Shown here one piece after another: positions 10,374 to 21,109 of a stretch of 64,000 bases of DNA; within the stretch, counting starts at the first letter, position 1; each line of letters starts with the position of its first letter. The position numbers and the translations under genes were made by a program. The notes beneath the pieces were generated by a model, which worked only from the letters and a program-made list of their open reading frames with translations, searched no databases and was not told the DNA's origin. The DNA is from Emiliania huxleyi CCMP1516 (Eukaryota): assembly GCF_000372725.1 (NCBI RefSeq), contig NW_005202303.1, positions 1 to 64,000 on the forward strand, read 5' to 3'.

Positions 10374-11291
10374 CTACCGCGAGTAGGAGCGATCCTGTGG
10401 CACGACTCGTCCGAACTCGTCGACCTTTGGCTGCAGCTGCTCCACACTGTGTGCAAAGTTGCAACGGTCGCCGAATGTGCAGGTGCCCGCTGCATGCCGC
10501 CTGCAAAGCACCGTCCTCCACCCGGGGGGCTTCCCGCTGACCGAGGGCGGCTGCGGCTGCCTCCCGTACGCAGCCGTCTCCACCGCCGCCGGCTGCGGCG
10601 GCGCACCGTACGGGTACGGGGCGGCAGCCACACTGTAGGAGCCGGGAGGCGCGTACTGCTGCGACGTCGACGGTATGAATGGCGGCGCCGCCGCCGCCGG
10701 CTTGGCCCGCAGCTCCGCCTGCCCGTGTGCAAAGTTGCACTTGGCGCCGTACGGACAGCCGCCTGTCGACGCAAACCCTTTGCACAGCACCGTCTTGTAC
10801 ATGGCCGCCTTTGCGTCACCGTCGAGCGTGCGCTTGGGCGCATGGGAGGGCTGGTACGCGTGCGCGGCGGGGCTGCTCCCGCCGTAGATCGGCGGCACGC
10901 CATATGCTGGCGCAGCAGACGCCTGAGCGCTCACGAGCGTGTGCATCGCTGTCTCGACGGACGTCTTGGTGCCGCGCATCGAATCGGTCGCCTGCCGGAG
11001 GAACTCCTGCGCGCTCTGCTGCTGCTGCGAGGCGACCTGGAGCTCCGCGTGCAGGCGTGCCATATCCGGCGTGCCATCCGGCGTGGATGTGACGATCGCA
11101 AGTGCCGTGATGAGCGCAGTGCCGGCCGCCTGCTGCGCCTGCTGCGCCAAGAGCTGCGCGTTCTCCGCCGCGAGCAGCGACGTAAGAGGGCGGAGGGTCT
11201 CCACTGTCTCTGGCGCCGCCATGCTGGGATACGCACCACTAACCGGCGGCGCCAAGATGCCGGAAGGGTATGCCGCACCACTGTGCTCCAT
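10374..11291 (-). CDS. Tandem CCCH zinc-finger (TIS11-like) RNA-binding protein
   Basis: YKTVLCKGFASTGGCPYGAKCNFAHG and WRTVLCRRHAAGTCTFGDRCNFAH. Confidence 0.9.
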   Translation of the reverse strand: MEHSGAAYPSGILAPPVSGAYPSMAAPETVETLRPLTSLLAAENAQLLAQQAQQAAGTALITALAIVTSTPDGTPDMARLHAELQVASQQQQSAQEFLRQATDSMRGTKTSVETAMHTLVSAQASAAPAYGVPPIYGGSSPAAHAYQPSHAPKRTLDGDAKAAMYKTVLCKGFASTGGCPYGAKCNFAHGQAELRAKPAAAAPPFIPSTSQQYAPPGSYSVAAAPYPYGAPPQPAAVETAAYGRQPQPPSVSGKPPGWRTVLCRRHAAGTCTFGDRCNFAHSVEQLQPKVDEFGRVVPQDRSYSR

Positions 11292-11775
11292 ATTCCGGAT
11301 GGGCGAGCGTCGACACGAGCGATTTCTTTTCTCAAATTCCTGTGATGAACGTGTGTTGTTGGAAAATCAAGAGGTCCGTTCAGTTATACGCCGTTCAGTT
11401 ACCACGTGAAGTCATGGCGGCCGGTATTGCACGGAGCTCCGTGAGCGGCGGCGGGCTCAAACGAGCGAATGGGCGGCTGCTCCCCACAGACAGGAGTTGC
11501 ATACATAAGGTATGTATGTATGTATGTAGGAAGGTGAAGAACAGCCAGGCTCGGACTGGACACCAACGCGGTATGGGTGGACGCTGGACAGATGATGACG
11601 GCACGCACGAGCGACACACAGACACAAATAGGCTCACAAGACACACAGCCAGCGGGCTGCCAGCCTGCCACACACCCTGAGTAGGCGTACACATAACTCA
11701 AGGCCACATCCTCCTTGTCGCCCCCCCCAGCACTCCAAGCACCATCGCCGCACGGTCGCGCCGCCGCCACTCGGC

Positions 11776-12597
11776 ATGCCTCAGCAGTGGTGGGGCACGC
11801 ACGTGCGGCCGCCGCCGCCCCTGCTCCGGGAGGACGAGGATTCGCCAATCGAGGACGAGCTCATCGAGGACGGGCTCAACGGCATGTGCGTGTACGACGC
11901 GCAGGAGATCACCGTCGCCCGTGAGCCACCCGCGCCGCCTCCGGGGAGGATGGGCGACCCTCTCTATACGGCCGCGGTGGAGCAGCTGGAGCGGTGCCTG
12001 CCGGTCTTGAACGGGATGGTGTACGAGTTCGAGGATCTGCGGCTCGCGATGGCGCAGCGCGGCGGCCTCGCCACCCTCCTCGAGCTGCTGCCCCACGCGC
12101 CACCGCACGTCGAGGAGGAGGCATTGCACGTCCTCCTCAACAGCCTCTATGGCCAGCCAGAGGCGAGCAAGCTCGCCACTCTCCGCCTGGGCGCCGTCGG
12201 CGTGCTGCAGAAATCTGCAGCCGCCGCGGCGCCGGCCGGAGAGCCCGCCGTGCAGAGCATGTGCTACGCCGTGCTTTGCGGGCTGGTGGACAACTGCCCG
12301 CGCGCCGCCGAGGAGTTCCTCACCTCATCAGCCGCGCTGCAGGCGTTGCTCTCCTCGTGCAGCGGAGCTGCGATAGGGTCCATAGGGTCCGGCGACGCCG
12401 CGAGGGAGGGCGAGGTACAAGAGCGGGCGACCGATCTCCTCCTCGCCCTCTGCCAGGACGGCACGGTGCGCAGCGCGCTGCTCGCCTCAGACGTGGCCAC
12501 CCGGTGCCTCGAGCGGGTGGCTTCGGCCTCGCGAAACACCTTGCACGCCGGCAAGGCGAGGCAGGCCTTGGCTGAGCACCGCGGCTGCCGGACGTAA
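11776..12597 (+). CDS. Hypothetical ARM-repeat-like protein
   Basis: 273-aa intronless ORF with host-like codon use and amphipathic helical repeats (GGLATLLELL, GAVGVLQK, ALQALLS). Confidence 0.55.
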   Translation: MPQQWWGTHVRPPPPLLREDEDSPIEDELIEDGLNGMCVYDAQEITVAREPPAPPPGRMGDPLYTAAVEQLERCLPVLNGMVYEFEDLRLAMAQRGGLATLLELLPHAPPHVEEEALHVLLNSLYGQPEASKLATLRLGAVGVLQKSAAAAAPAGEPAVQSMCYAVLCGLVDNCPRAAEEFLTSSAALQALLSSCSGAAIGSIGSGDAAREGEVQERATDLLLALCQDGTVRSALLASDVATRCLERVASASRNTLHAGKARQALAEHRGCRT

Positions 12598-12975
12598 CTC
12601 GTAAGGCTCTTACTTGCTGAGTATAGTTCTACGGTACATTTATCTCATATAGTTCTACGGTACATTTATCTCAACGGGGCAAGGGCCCGTTCACCAGAGA
12701 CGGTCCGTCACTAGAGACGAGGAAGAACCGGCACCGTGCGGGACCAGCGCCACAGACTCCCTCGAAGTCGAGAGTCGTCTCTGGTCTCTCTCTCGACCTC
12801 TCTCGGTCGGTTGCGTCGCCACGCCTCTCACTATCAGGGACACACAAGCTTCGTCACAACTCACAGACAGAACAGCAGACAGGTTCACACGAAAGGTCCA
12901 GGCACGCAGCCACCCGCTCTTGTTCTGGAGCCCTCCGCTGTGGACGCGCGTGCCTCGCCGGCCCCTGGAAGACGG

Positions 12976-15604
12976 CTACCCATGGTACGCCTTCCATGAG
13001 TAGCCCGGCTGCCTGGCGCTCGTGACGGTCTTGTGGCGCAAGTACTCGTGGAGCCCCGCCTCGCCGTACTCGAAGCCGAAGCCGCTCGCCTTCCACCCTC
13101 CAAACGGCGTCTGCGCCCACAGCGCCTGGTTGCAGTTGACCCAGACGTTGCCCGCGTCGAGTTGCGCCGCGACCCTGTCGGCGCGCGCCTCGTCTGCAGA
13201 GAGAACGGCGTGGCCGAGGCCGTAGGGCGAGTCGTTAGCGAGCCGGACCGCCTCCTCCTCGGTCTTGAAGGTGCGGACGCACAGAACGGGCCCGAAGATC
13301 TCCTCGCACCTAATCTCGGCAAGCCCCGGATCGGTCGCTGGTGATCTCCGCGCAGCGCGGGACCCGAGCTCTCAGCCTCGCGCCACGCGGAGCTGCCGAC
13401 CGGGACGTTGTTCAGGATGGTTGGCTTTACGTAGTATCCGCCCTCCAGCCCCGGCACGTCCGGCGGCCCGGAGCCCCCAACGAGTACCTCCACCCCCTCG
13501 CCTGTGAGCAGCTCGGGCGGTGAGCCGCGCCTCTTTTCGCCTCCCGAAGAAAGCACGGCGGCGGCTCGCCCTCGGCCTTCCGCACGGCGGCGGCGATGCG
13601 ATCGCGCTGCGTGGCAGAGATGACGGGGCCCATCTGGGTGCCTTCGGCCTTCGGATCGCCGACGCGCAGCGCGACGGTGGTCTCTTCAAGGGCCTTGAGA
13701 AGCTCCGTAGCGATAGACTCGTGCACCAGCAGCCGCGACGTGGCGGAGCAGACCTGGCGGGCGGGCGACTTCCGTGAGCTTTCCGTGAGCTTTCCGTGAG
13801 CACTCCGTGTACACTCCGTGAGCTGTCCGTGAGCTTTCTGGAGCGCGCGCGCGGTGTCGGAGAGCATGCTCGCCATGGCCCACATCCTCGCTCAAGTCTC
13901 GGCCGATCTCCGGCGCCATGGAGCTGCCCCTGTGAGCTCTCGTGTCCAGCAGTCCGGACCCAGTGATACGGCCGGTGGCAGTGTGGCCTCGTGTCGGCTC
14001 CCGAGCCACTCGTGCGCAGCGTGTGTGTGGAGTAGTGTGTGCGCGTGGGCCCGTCCTCTGTGCTAGGGCGTGTGTAAGACTGGCTGACTGACTGAATGAT
14101 CTCCGCGGCGGCGCCCACACTCATGCGCTTAAGGGGATGTGGAGCGCGGTGCGCCCCGTGTGCGCTCTCTTCTTGCAGCGTGGTGGTGTTGCGGGTGTGC
14201 GGAGGGCGCGCGGGCTGGGCCGTGGTCACCAGGGCTGGTGCAGCCGAGTCTCTCGCAAGTCGCATCGCGGCGCGATGGACAGAGATATGGACCACTCACT
14301 GGCTGACTGACTGATCTCCGGCTGCGTGTCCGTGCGACAGTGCCGTATCTCCCCATATCTCTCCACATCTCCCCACATCTCCCCATATCTCGCGTGTCTG
14401 TGCGACGGAGCCGTGTGACGGCGCCGTGTGACGGCGTGGCTGCGGTCTATGGGGAGATATGACCTCGAGCACGCCTCGCCGCTGCTCACGGTGAGATATG
14501 GGGAGATATGGGGAGATATGGGGAGATATCACCTGCCCGGCGGCAGAGAAGATGCCGACCATGGCCCAGTCGACAGCAGCGTCGATTGACGCGTCCTCAA
14601 AGACTAGGAGCGCGCCCTTCCCGCCGAGCTCGAGCGAGCTCCGCCGCAGCTTGTTCGCCGAGCAATGGAGCAGCGCGCTCCCGGCGGCGGAGGACCCAGT
14701 GAAGGACAGCAGGTCGAGCCTATCCGCGACGCTTCCGAGAAGGTTCCGAGAAGGTTCCAAGAAGGGGCCGAGGGCAGTCCGCCTCTCGAGCCGTGGGTGG
14801 TTGGTCAGGCAGTCGGCGCCGCCCTCTTTGCCGTCGGGCGGCCCGCCCGTGATGACGGTGAGCGCACCCTCCGGCAGACCATTCTCCCGCCCAATCTCGC
14901 CGAGCTTGAGGCAGGTCAGAGAGGCGAGCGGCGAGGGCTTCAGGAGGACGGAGCAGCCGGCAGCGAGAGCGGGAGCAACCTTGGCGGCCGCCTGCATGAG
15001 AGGATAGTTCCACGGCGTGATGGCGCCAACAACGCCGGCGGCCGCGGGCACGATGCTGGAGCGGAAGTCGCCGTCGGGCAGGGCGATCGGCGACGGCTTC
15101 AGCATCTTTGGCGCCAGCTCTGCCATGTACTCGAAGACGTCGATGCACATCTGTATGTCTCCCGCCGTCTCGCTCACGGGCTTACCGCAGTCCTGCGTGC
15201 GAAAGGCGGAGGCACGGGGGCCGTAAAGACCCTGCCGTGGGGTGCGTGACGCGAAACGCGGCTTAATATGGCGGCTCCAAGCGTGCAGGGATCGGGGTTG
15301 AGTGGATACGGTCGCTGACCTGGGACTCGAGCTCCGCGAGCTCGTCCTTTCTCTCGGTGAGCGCCGCCGCGATGCCGAGCAACGACTCGGCCCGCTGGTC
15401 CACTGCATCCGCCTTTGACCATCCCGACGCCTGCACGCTGGCGGCAGCCTCGACGGCAGCCTCGACGTCAGCGACGGTGGCGTCGGGAATCTCGGTAAAG
15501 ACCTTGCCGTCGCGAGGCGAGTAGACGGGTATAGCGCTCGCCGCGCGCGCTCGGGAGAAGCCGAGCGCGCGAACGCGGCCGAGATGAGAGACGGTCCGCA
15601 ACAT
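12976..15604 (-). CDS. Aldehyde dehydrogenase, betaine/aminoaldehyde dehydrogenase-like, multi-exon; possible mitochondrial presequence
   Basis: [34 protein letters not shown] (catalytic Cys), [18 protein letters not shown]. Confidence 0.9.
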
Positions 15605-16159
15605 TTTCGGGCCTGTGTCGGTGGAGACTTGTTCACACCGGTATGCCTTGCTCCTTTAGGTGCTCTTAATACGTTCTGATTCTTGTGCTGATACTTGCGT
15701 CCGAGACTGCTTGTGTTAGCCCTGTGGGTTTTCTTTTGCCCTCGGTGTCCTGTCTCGGTGCGCCTGCCTTGGTTGGACCAGCCGCCTGCCTCCCCATGTG
15801 GTGATTGTTGTTCATAACGATATCCCTACAACCACGATCGATGCGAGGACGCAAGCCCACACCAAACTCGGCCATTCCAACGGCCAGACCGCTCGCTTAA
15901 GGCTGATTGGCTAGACGAGCGGTCTACCCCCGACGGGGCGGCCTGGATCAACGGGGGATGACATGTTGACATCCTGCCTCCCGGCACGCCGGGAGGAGGT
16001 GGGTGCTCCGCCGCCGGACCCCCCCCTCCATCACCCTCGCCCAGGGATCTACAATGCTGTCTTAAGGGGTCCGACCTGTGGGCTCTGCCTGCGCTCGGCA
16101 CCGGGCACCGCCTCGGTATACAAAATGCGCCTGCGGGCGGACCCTTACAGATCACAGAT

Positions 16160-17318
16160 CACTGGATAGGGTCGATTCCGTATGGTACGGGACCCCTCGA
16201 TCGTCTCGCCCTCCCTCACTGCACACTGGTGTGTTCATTGGGGGGGGTCATAACAAACACGGTACAGGATCGAGGTGCACGCTGCAGGAGCAGTGTCGTC
16301 CCCCCTCTCCCCAACGGCGATGGCGGTGTGACCGATCGAGCTACAAGAAAGAAGAGCTTGTTCTGCAGGATCCGGGATAGTCTGACGCACTACTTTCTAC
16401 CTCGTGCCACGTCACCCTCCCCGCTGCTCGCTTGCCCGCTCTGCCCAGCCGACCGACGCCCCGCCATCCGTTGCCGTTATGCCGCCGCTCCTTACTGTCC
16501 GCCGTGCCGTCGTTCTTTACCATACCGCGCCGCCTTCCCATACTTCCTGCTTCGCGACGGGGTTTGTGTTGAGGAGTGACCCGTGCCGCCGTGTGCCCCG
16601 CAGCGGCCTCGCTGGGCCAGAAAGTCGGCCCCGAGTGCCAGCAGCAGCCTCGTTGAGCCAGAACGTCGGCTCGCGAGGTGGGTGCTAGTATGAGCCCGCT
16701 GAGGCGTAGTGCTCTTGCAGAGGCGGTTAGTGGTGCACTAACCCCGAGAAACCCTTCGGGTCACTCCTCATCGCAAACCCTGTCAGCAGTCCTCCTCCGG
16801 GAATGTACGTAAGAGCCACGTCGAGACGGACTTCTTGAACAGCCGGGCAACATGTCTTCCTTACTATTATTAATTGATGCTTTTTGCACGGCTGAGCCCC
16901 CCCCCCCCCCTCCCCCGCGCCCACTCCCTGCCCTCTCCCGCCACGCACTCCGTCAGAGCCCCCTCCCCTCTTGCACAACAGGAATTTTGACAATTAACAA
17001 GGTTGAATGGTGGGCTTGCCCACCCCGGAGTGGTTCGATCCCACATGAATCCGAGACGGTGACGGGATGCTGGCTCTGTGGTCTCAGGCCCAGTGAGGTA
17101 GTGCACGAGACTATCCCGGATCCTGCTGAACAAGCTCCTCTTGTAGCTCGATCGGTCACACCGCCATCGCCGTCGGGGAGAGAGGGGACGACACTGCTTC
17201 GGCAGCGTGCACCTCGATCCTGTACCGTGTTTGTTATGACCCCCCCCAATGAACACCAGTGAGGGAGGGCGAGACGATCGAGGGGTCCCGTACCATGCGG
17301 AATCGACCCTATCCGGTG
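16160..17318. mobile_element. Element with ~230-bp terminal inverted repeats (16160-16393 / 17098-17318); a solo end also occurs at ~51405-51460
   Basis: CACTGGATAGGGTCGATTCCG...GGATAGTCT is the reverse complement of AGACTATCCCGG...CGGAATCGACCCTATCCGGTG; no coding capacity or clear TSD. Confidence 0.8.
16390..16821 (+). repeat. ~430-bp segment duplicated at ~18756-19200, containing a highly structured ~225-nt core
   Basis: Near-identical direct repeat with a 28-bp terminal stem and several internal hairpins. Confidence 0.9.
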
Positions 17319-17419
17319 CTCAAGTGCTCAAGTGCTCAAGAGCCACGTACATTGAGAGAGAAAAAAACAGCTTTCCCTTCCGTCTGCGCGCACGTCCCAC
17401 TTCGCGTCTTCGGACGCAT

Positions 17420-18172
17420 ATGCAGGCGCATCATGTGCATGTTTGCTTGGTCGTTCTGGTGCTATTGGCGGGAACTGGGCTCTACTATCTGGCCAACTCC
17501 ATCGACAGGATTGTGGCCAGCTTGATCGAAAAAAGTGGAACATATGCTCTGGGGACGACGGTTCGCGTATCGGATGTTCGCATATCGCTCAAGGAAGCCA
17601 AAGGCTCGATTTCCGGTCTGACCGTGGCGAATCCGAGCGGCTTCAGCGGTGAGGCAATCTCATTTCAGGATATTGTGATCAGGATTGACCCGGCATCAAT
17701 CTTGTCGCGGGAGCCGATCGTGATCACCGAGGTGACGGTGCGGTCTCCGTCGGTCAATCTGGTGCTGGGCGCAAATGGATCGACAAATATCCAGGCGCTT
17801 CTAGCAGATGATTCGGGGTCTTCGAGCAAGCCTTCGCCGTCGACGGATACCTCCGGTGGCTCCTCTTCTCGATTGCGGATCAACCGACTTGAGATCGCCG
17901 ACACCAGTCTTGCGGCGGATCTCTCGGCTGTTGGCGGCAAGAACTTCAGCACCACAATCCCTGCCTTGCGGCAGTCCAATGTCGGCGGTGGGAGCGGCGC
18001 TGCACCGTATGCGCTCGCGACCACGATTGCCAAGGTTTATGTGTCGAAGGTGGGGGAGTCGGTAGCTCTTGCCGAGGCCGAGAAGCAAGTGAACAAACTC
18101 GTCGACAAGCATTTGGGCGGCGACGCCGGAAAGGCGGCCAAGGGACTATTGGGCAATATTCTCGGACAGTAA
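17420..18172 (+). CDS. AsmA-like/DUF748-like protein of bacterial type, intronless (250 aa)
   Basis: N-terminal TM helix, then IEKSGTYALGTTVRVSDVRISL..GSISGLTVANPSGFS..IDPASIL..IVITEVTV..TNIQAL; lower GC3 than flanking genes. Confidence 0.75.
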   Translation: MQAHHVHVCLVVLVLLAGTGLYYLANSIDRIVASLIEKSGTYALGTTVRVSDVRISLKEAKGSISGLTVANPSGFSGEAISFQDIVIRIDPASILSREPIVITEVTVRSPSVNLVLGANGSTNIQALLADDSGSSSKPSPSTDTSGGSSSRLRINRLEIADTSLAADLSAVGGKNFSTTIPALRQSNVGGGSGAAPYALATTIAKVYVSKVGESVALAEAEKQVNKLVDKHLGGDAGKAAKGLLGNILGQ

Positions 18173-18394
18173 AATGGCCGCGGCAGGCGGAGCGGCTCTG
18201 GTTCGATTAAAGTTGTCGAGAAGAGGATTCTGTTTTGCCAGCTGGGGCCTTTGCAGACGATGACATTTGCGGGAGCCCGAGGCGAGCGTGAGGCTCTGCG
18301 CCGCTCATACCCTCGCGTATTCCTCTCGCGCGTCGAACGCACTCATCAACAAGCGAATGTGTGTATGTCTGGGTGTGGAGTCGCGAATCTAGGT

Positions 18395-18710
18395 GAGTCG
18401 CGCCATCCTCGATCGCGTGCAAAGCTCGCTTCCGAGCTCTCACGCCGCGCGTAGGGCCCTTAGGGGCCTAGAGAACACAACCCCCTCTCCTTAGGGGCCT
18501 AGAGAACACAACCCCCTCTCCCTTTTCTCCCAGTAAGCTAAAAGTACGTACGGGCCTAGAGAACACAACCCCTCTCCCTTTTCTCCCAGTAAGCTAAAAG
18601 TACGTACACTTTTAGCTTACTGGGAGAAAAGTACGTACTTTTAGCTTACTGGGAGAAAAGGGAGAGGGGGTTGTGTTCTCGTACGTACTTTTAGCTTACT
18701 GGGAGAAAAG
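18395..18710. repeat. Hairpin-rich element terminus with direct and inverted copies; also at 46975-47137 and 47497-47626, diverged at 19201-19260 and 19561-19598
   Basis: AGCTCGCTTCCGAGCT and TAGGGCCCTTAGGGGCCTA hairpins followed by GAGAACACAACCCCCTCTCCCTTTTCTCCCAGTAAGCTAAAAGTACGTAC in both orientations. Confidence 0.9.
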
Positions 18711-19257
18711 TCGCCCTCCCGCCGCCTCGCCGCTACCTCGCCCGCTCGCGCCCGACTTTCTACCTCCTCGTGAAACACCCCGCCACCTCACCCTCCTGCC
18801 GCCCCGCTGCTCGCTTGCCCGCTCTGCCCAGCCGACCGGCGCCCCGCCATCCGTTGCCGTTATGCCGCCGCTCCTTACTGTCCGCCGTGCCGTCGTTCTT
18901 TACCATACCGCGCCGCCTTTCCATACTTCCTGCTTCGACGGGGTTTGTGTTGAGGAGTGACCCGTGCCGCCGTGTGCCCCGCAGCGGCCTCGCTGGGCCA
19001 GGAAGTCGGCCCCGAGTGCCAGCAGCAGCCTCGTTGAGCCAGAACGTCGGCTCGCGAGGTGGGTGCTAGTATGAGCCCGATCCGTCGCAGTGCTCTTGCA
19101 GAGGCGGTTAGTGGTGCACTAACCCCGAGAAACCCTTCGGGTCACTCCTCATCGCAAACCCTGTCAGCAGTCCTCCTCCGGGAATGTACGTAAGAGCCAC
19201 ATACATTGAGAGAGAGACAAGGGAGAGAGAGGCGCGATTTCTAGGCCCTTGGGGGCC

Positions 19258-19563
19258 CTACCAATCAGCGCAGTCGGAGAAGCCGGTGAACGAATCTTCG
19301 GAGAGGATGGGGCAGTCATCACTGCCGCGCTCACTGGGTTCGAGAGATTGTGCGAGAGATTGTGGGAGAGAGCTTGCGTCGGAGTCGTTCCTCCGCTCCC
19401 ACCTGTCGAGTGCAAGCTTCAGTTCCTTGGAGTCGAGGTACCAGACGCCGTCAACCTGCCCTGCGCTCTGAGCAAAGTCGAGGGCCTTTTCCCTCTCGGC
19501 CCGAGCCTGGGCAGCAGCGGCCTGGCGTGTTGCATTCTTCTTTGCGTTTGACGGCTTCTTCAT
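19258..19563 (-). CDS. Small hypothetical ORF (101 aa) exactly bounded by repeat modules
   Basis: ATG lies within the module at 19561 and TAG within the hairpin at 19258; no recognisable domain. Confidence 0.35.
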   Translation of the reverse strand: MKKPSNAKKNATRQAAAAQARAEREKALDFAQSAGQVDGVWYLDSKELKLALDRWERRNDSDASSLPQSLAQSLEPSERGSDDCPILSEDSFTGFSDCADW

Positions 19564-19667
19564 ACATTGAAAAGGGAGAGGGGGTTGTGTTCTCTAGGAC
19601 GTACGCATAGCACAAACCGCCGGAACTCAAACCAAACTCGTGCGTTCTTCTCTGTGTGGTAGTCCAA

Positions 19668-20496
19668 ATGGCGTGCTGTACGAGCGCGTCGCCCATAGCT
19701 CACCTTCCGCTCGATCTCCTGGCGCACATGGCGACTCTAGGAACATCCAAGTTGGACGCGTTCCGCACCCTCACCCTCCTCTGCTCCACATCCTCCTCTT
19801 TGCTCCGCACGCTGAGGCAGGAGCGCACCGTCCATTACAAACAGAAAGCGATTTGAGGGAGGAAGCATAACACACACGCCATTCCTCTCTTGCTGCAGCA
19901 AGATGCGGTATAGTAGCAGCAAACGAGCAAAGGTCTCTCACGACATCGAAACTCTGCCAGGGCGTGGAGGCGGGGAGAAGTAGCGCAGCCCTTGCCTGAC
20001 TCAGCGTGGACTGACTGACCCCACCCTCCCCTCCCAGGAGCGGTCGAGGCTCGCGGTCGATGCGGCGGAGAGCCTCGTGCAGCGCTACCGTCGCCAGTCC
20101 AGCCGCCGGCACTGCGGCCGATTCCTTGTCGAGCTGCAGCTGCAGAGCGACGAGCTGCTCGAGCTGCTCGTGGCTCCTCCGCCGCCGTCTCCGACCGAGC
20201 TTTTGAACCTGAGCCAGTGCGGAGTCGGGCGGCTGGAGTGCTACCTGTTAGCCATTGCGCTCTCGCGCGGCCTCATGACTGGCGTCCAGGTGCTCTGGCT
20301 GCAAGATAATCAGGTTGACGAGTGTTGCGTGCTGTGGCTGGCTCGTGGTATCGACTCCATGCCACTCAACTCTCAACTGCGCTCAATCTCCCTGGGCGCC
20401 AACCCAGCAACAACCGCGCCGTCTGCGAGGCGCGCTGTTGCCTCCCTCGAGGCCGCAGGCCGCGCACGCCGCATCAAGATCCGCCCTGCCTCGTGA
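19668..20496 (+). CDS. RNI-like leucine-rich-repeat protein (5' structure uncertain)
   Basis: LLNLSQCGVG, VQVLWLQDNQV and LRSISLGANP are LxxLxLxxN repeats. Confidence 0.55.
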
Positions 20497-20641
20497 GGCG
20501 GCCGTGACACAGGAGTAGTCGGAGCTTTGCCGGTTTGTTGTGCCCGCTCGAAGAGACAGCTCCACGTCGACCGCTCGAGGTGGCCAGAGCCCACACGAGG
20601 CGTTCTTTGTTTGCTCTGCCGGCCAAGGCCAAGGAAGCCGT

Positions 20642-20874
<233 letters not shown>

Positions 20875-21109
20875 TTTTAGAAGCGAACAAGAATTTTGGC
20901 ACTGACAGTGTGACTTGGGCTCGGCAGCTTGTCGACTACCAGCCGAAGCCTCTCTTGTGTGTGTGTGTGTCTTGTTGCGCCTTGCGGGGGGGGGCCGGAG
21001 ATCGCGCACTAAATCGGATTCGGTGCATGCGGCGAGGAGGCCGCGGTTGTATAAAGTTCATTCTTGTGAACAAAATACTGTCACTGTGCGATTTCGGGGC
21101 CCGGGGTTG

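Noticed and set aside
16538..16784. Structured element as U1 snRNA, RNase P/MRP RNA or telomerase RNA
   Set aside because: ATACTTCCTG lacks the ACTTAC donor-pairing sequence and there is no Sm site or ATTGCAC loop; GAAAGTC has no properly placed CR-V partner; CTAACCCC is not a full TTAGGG template
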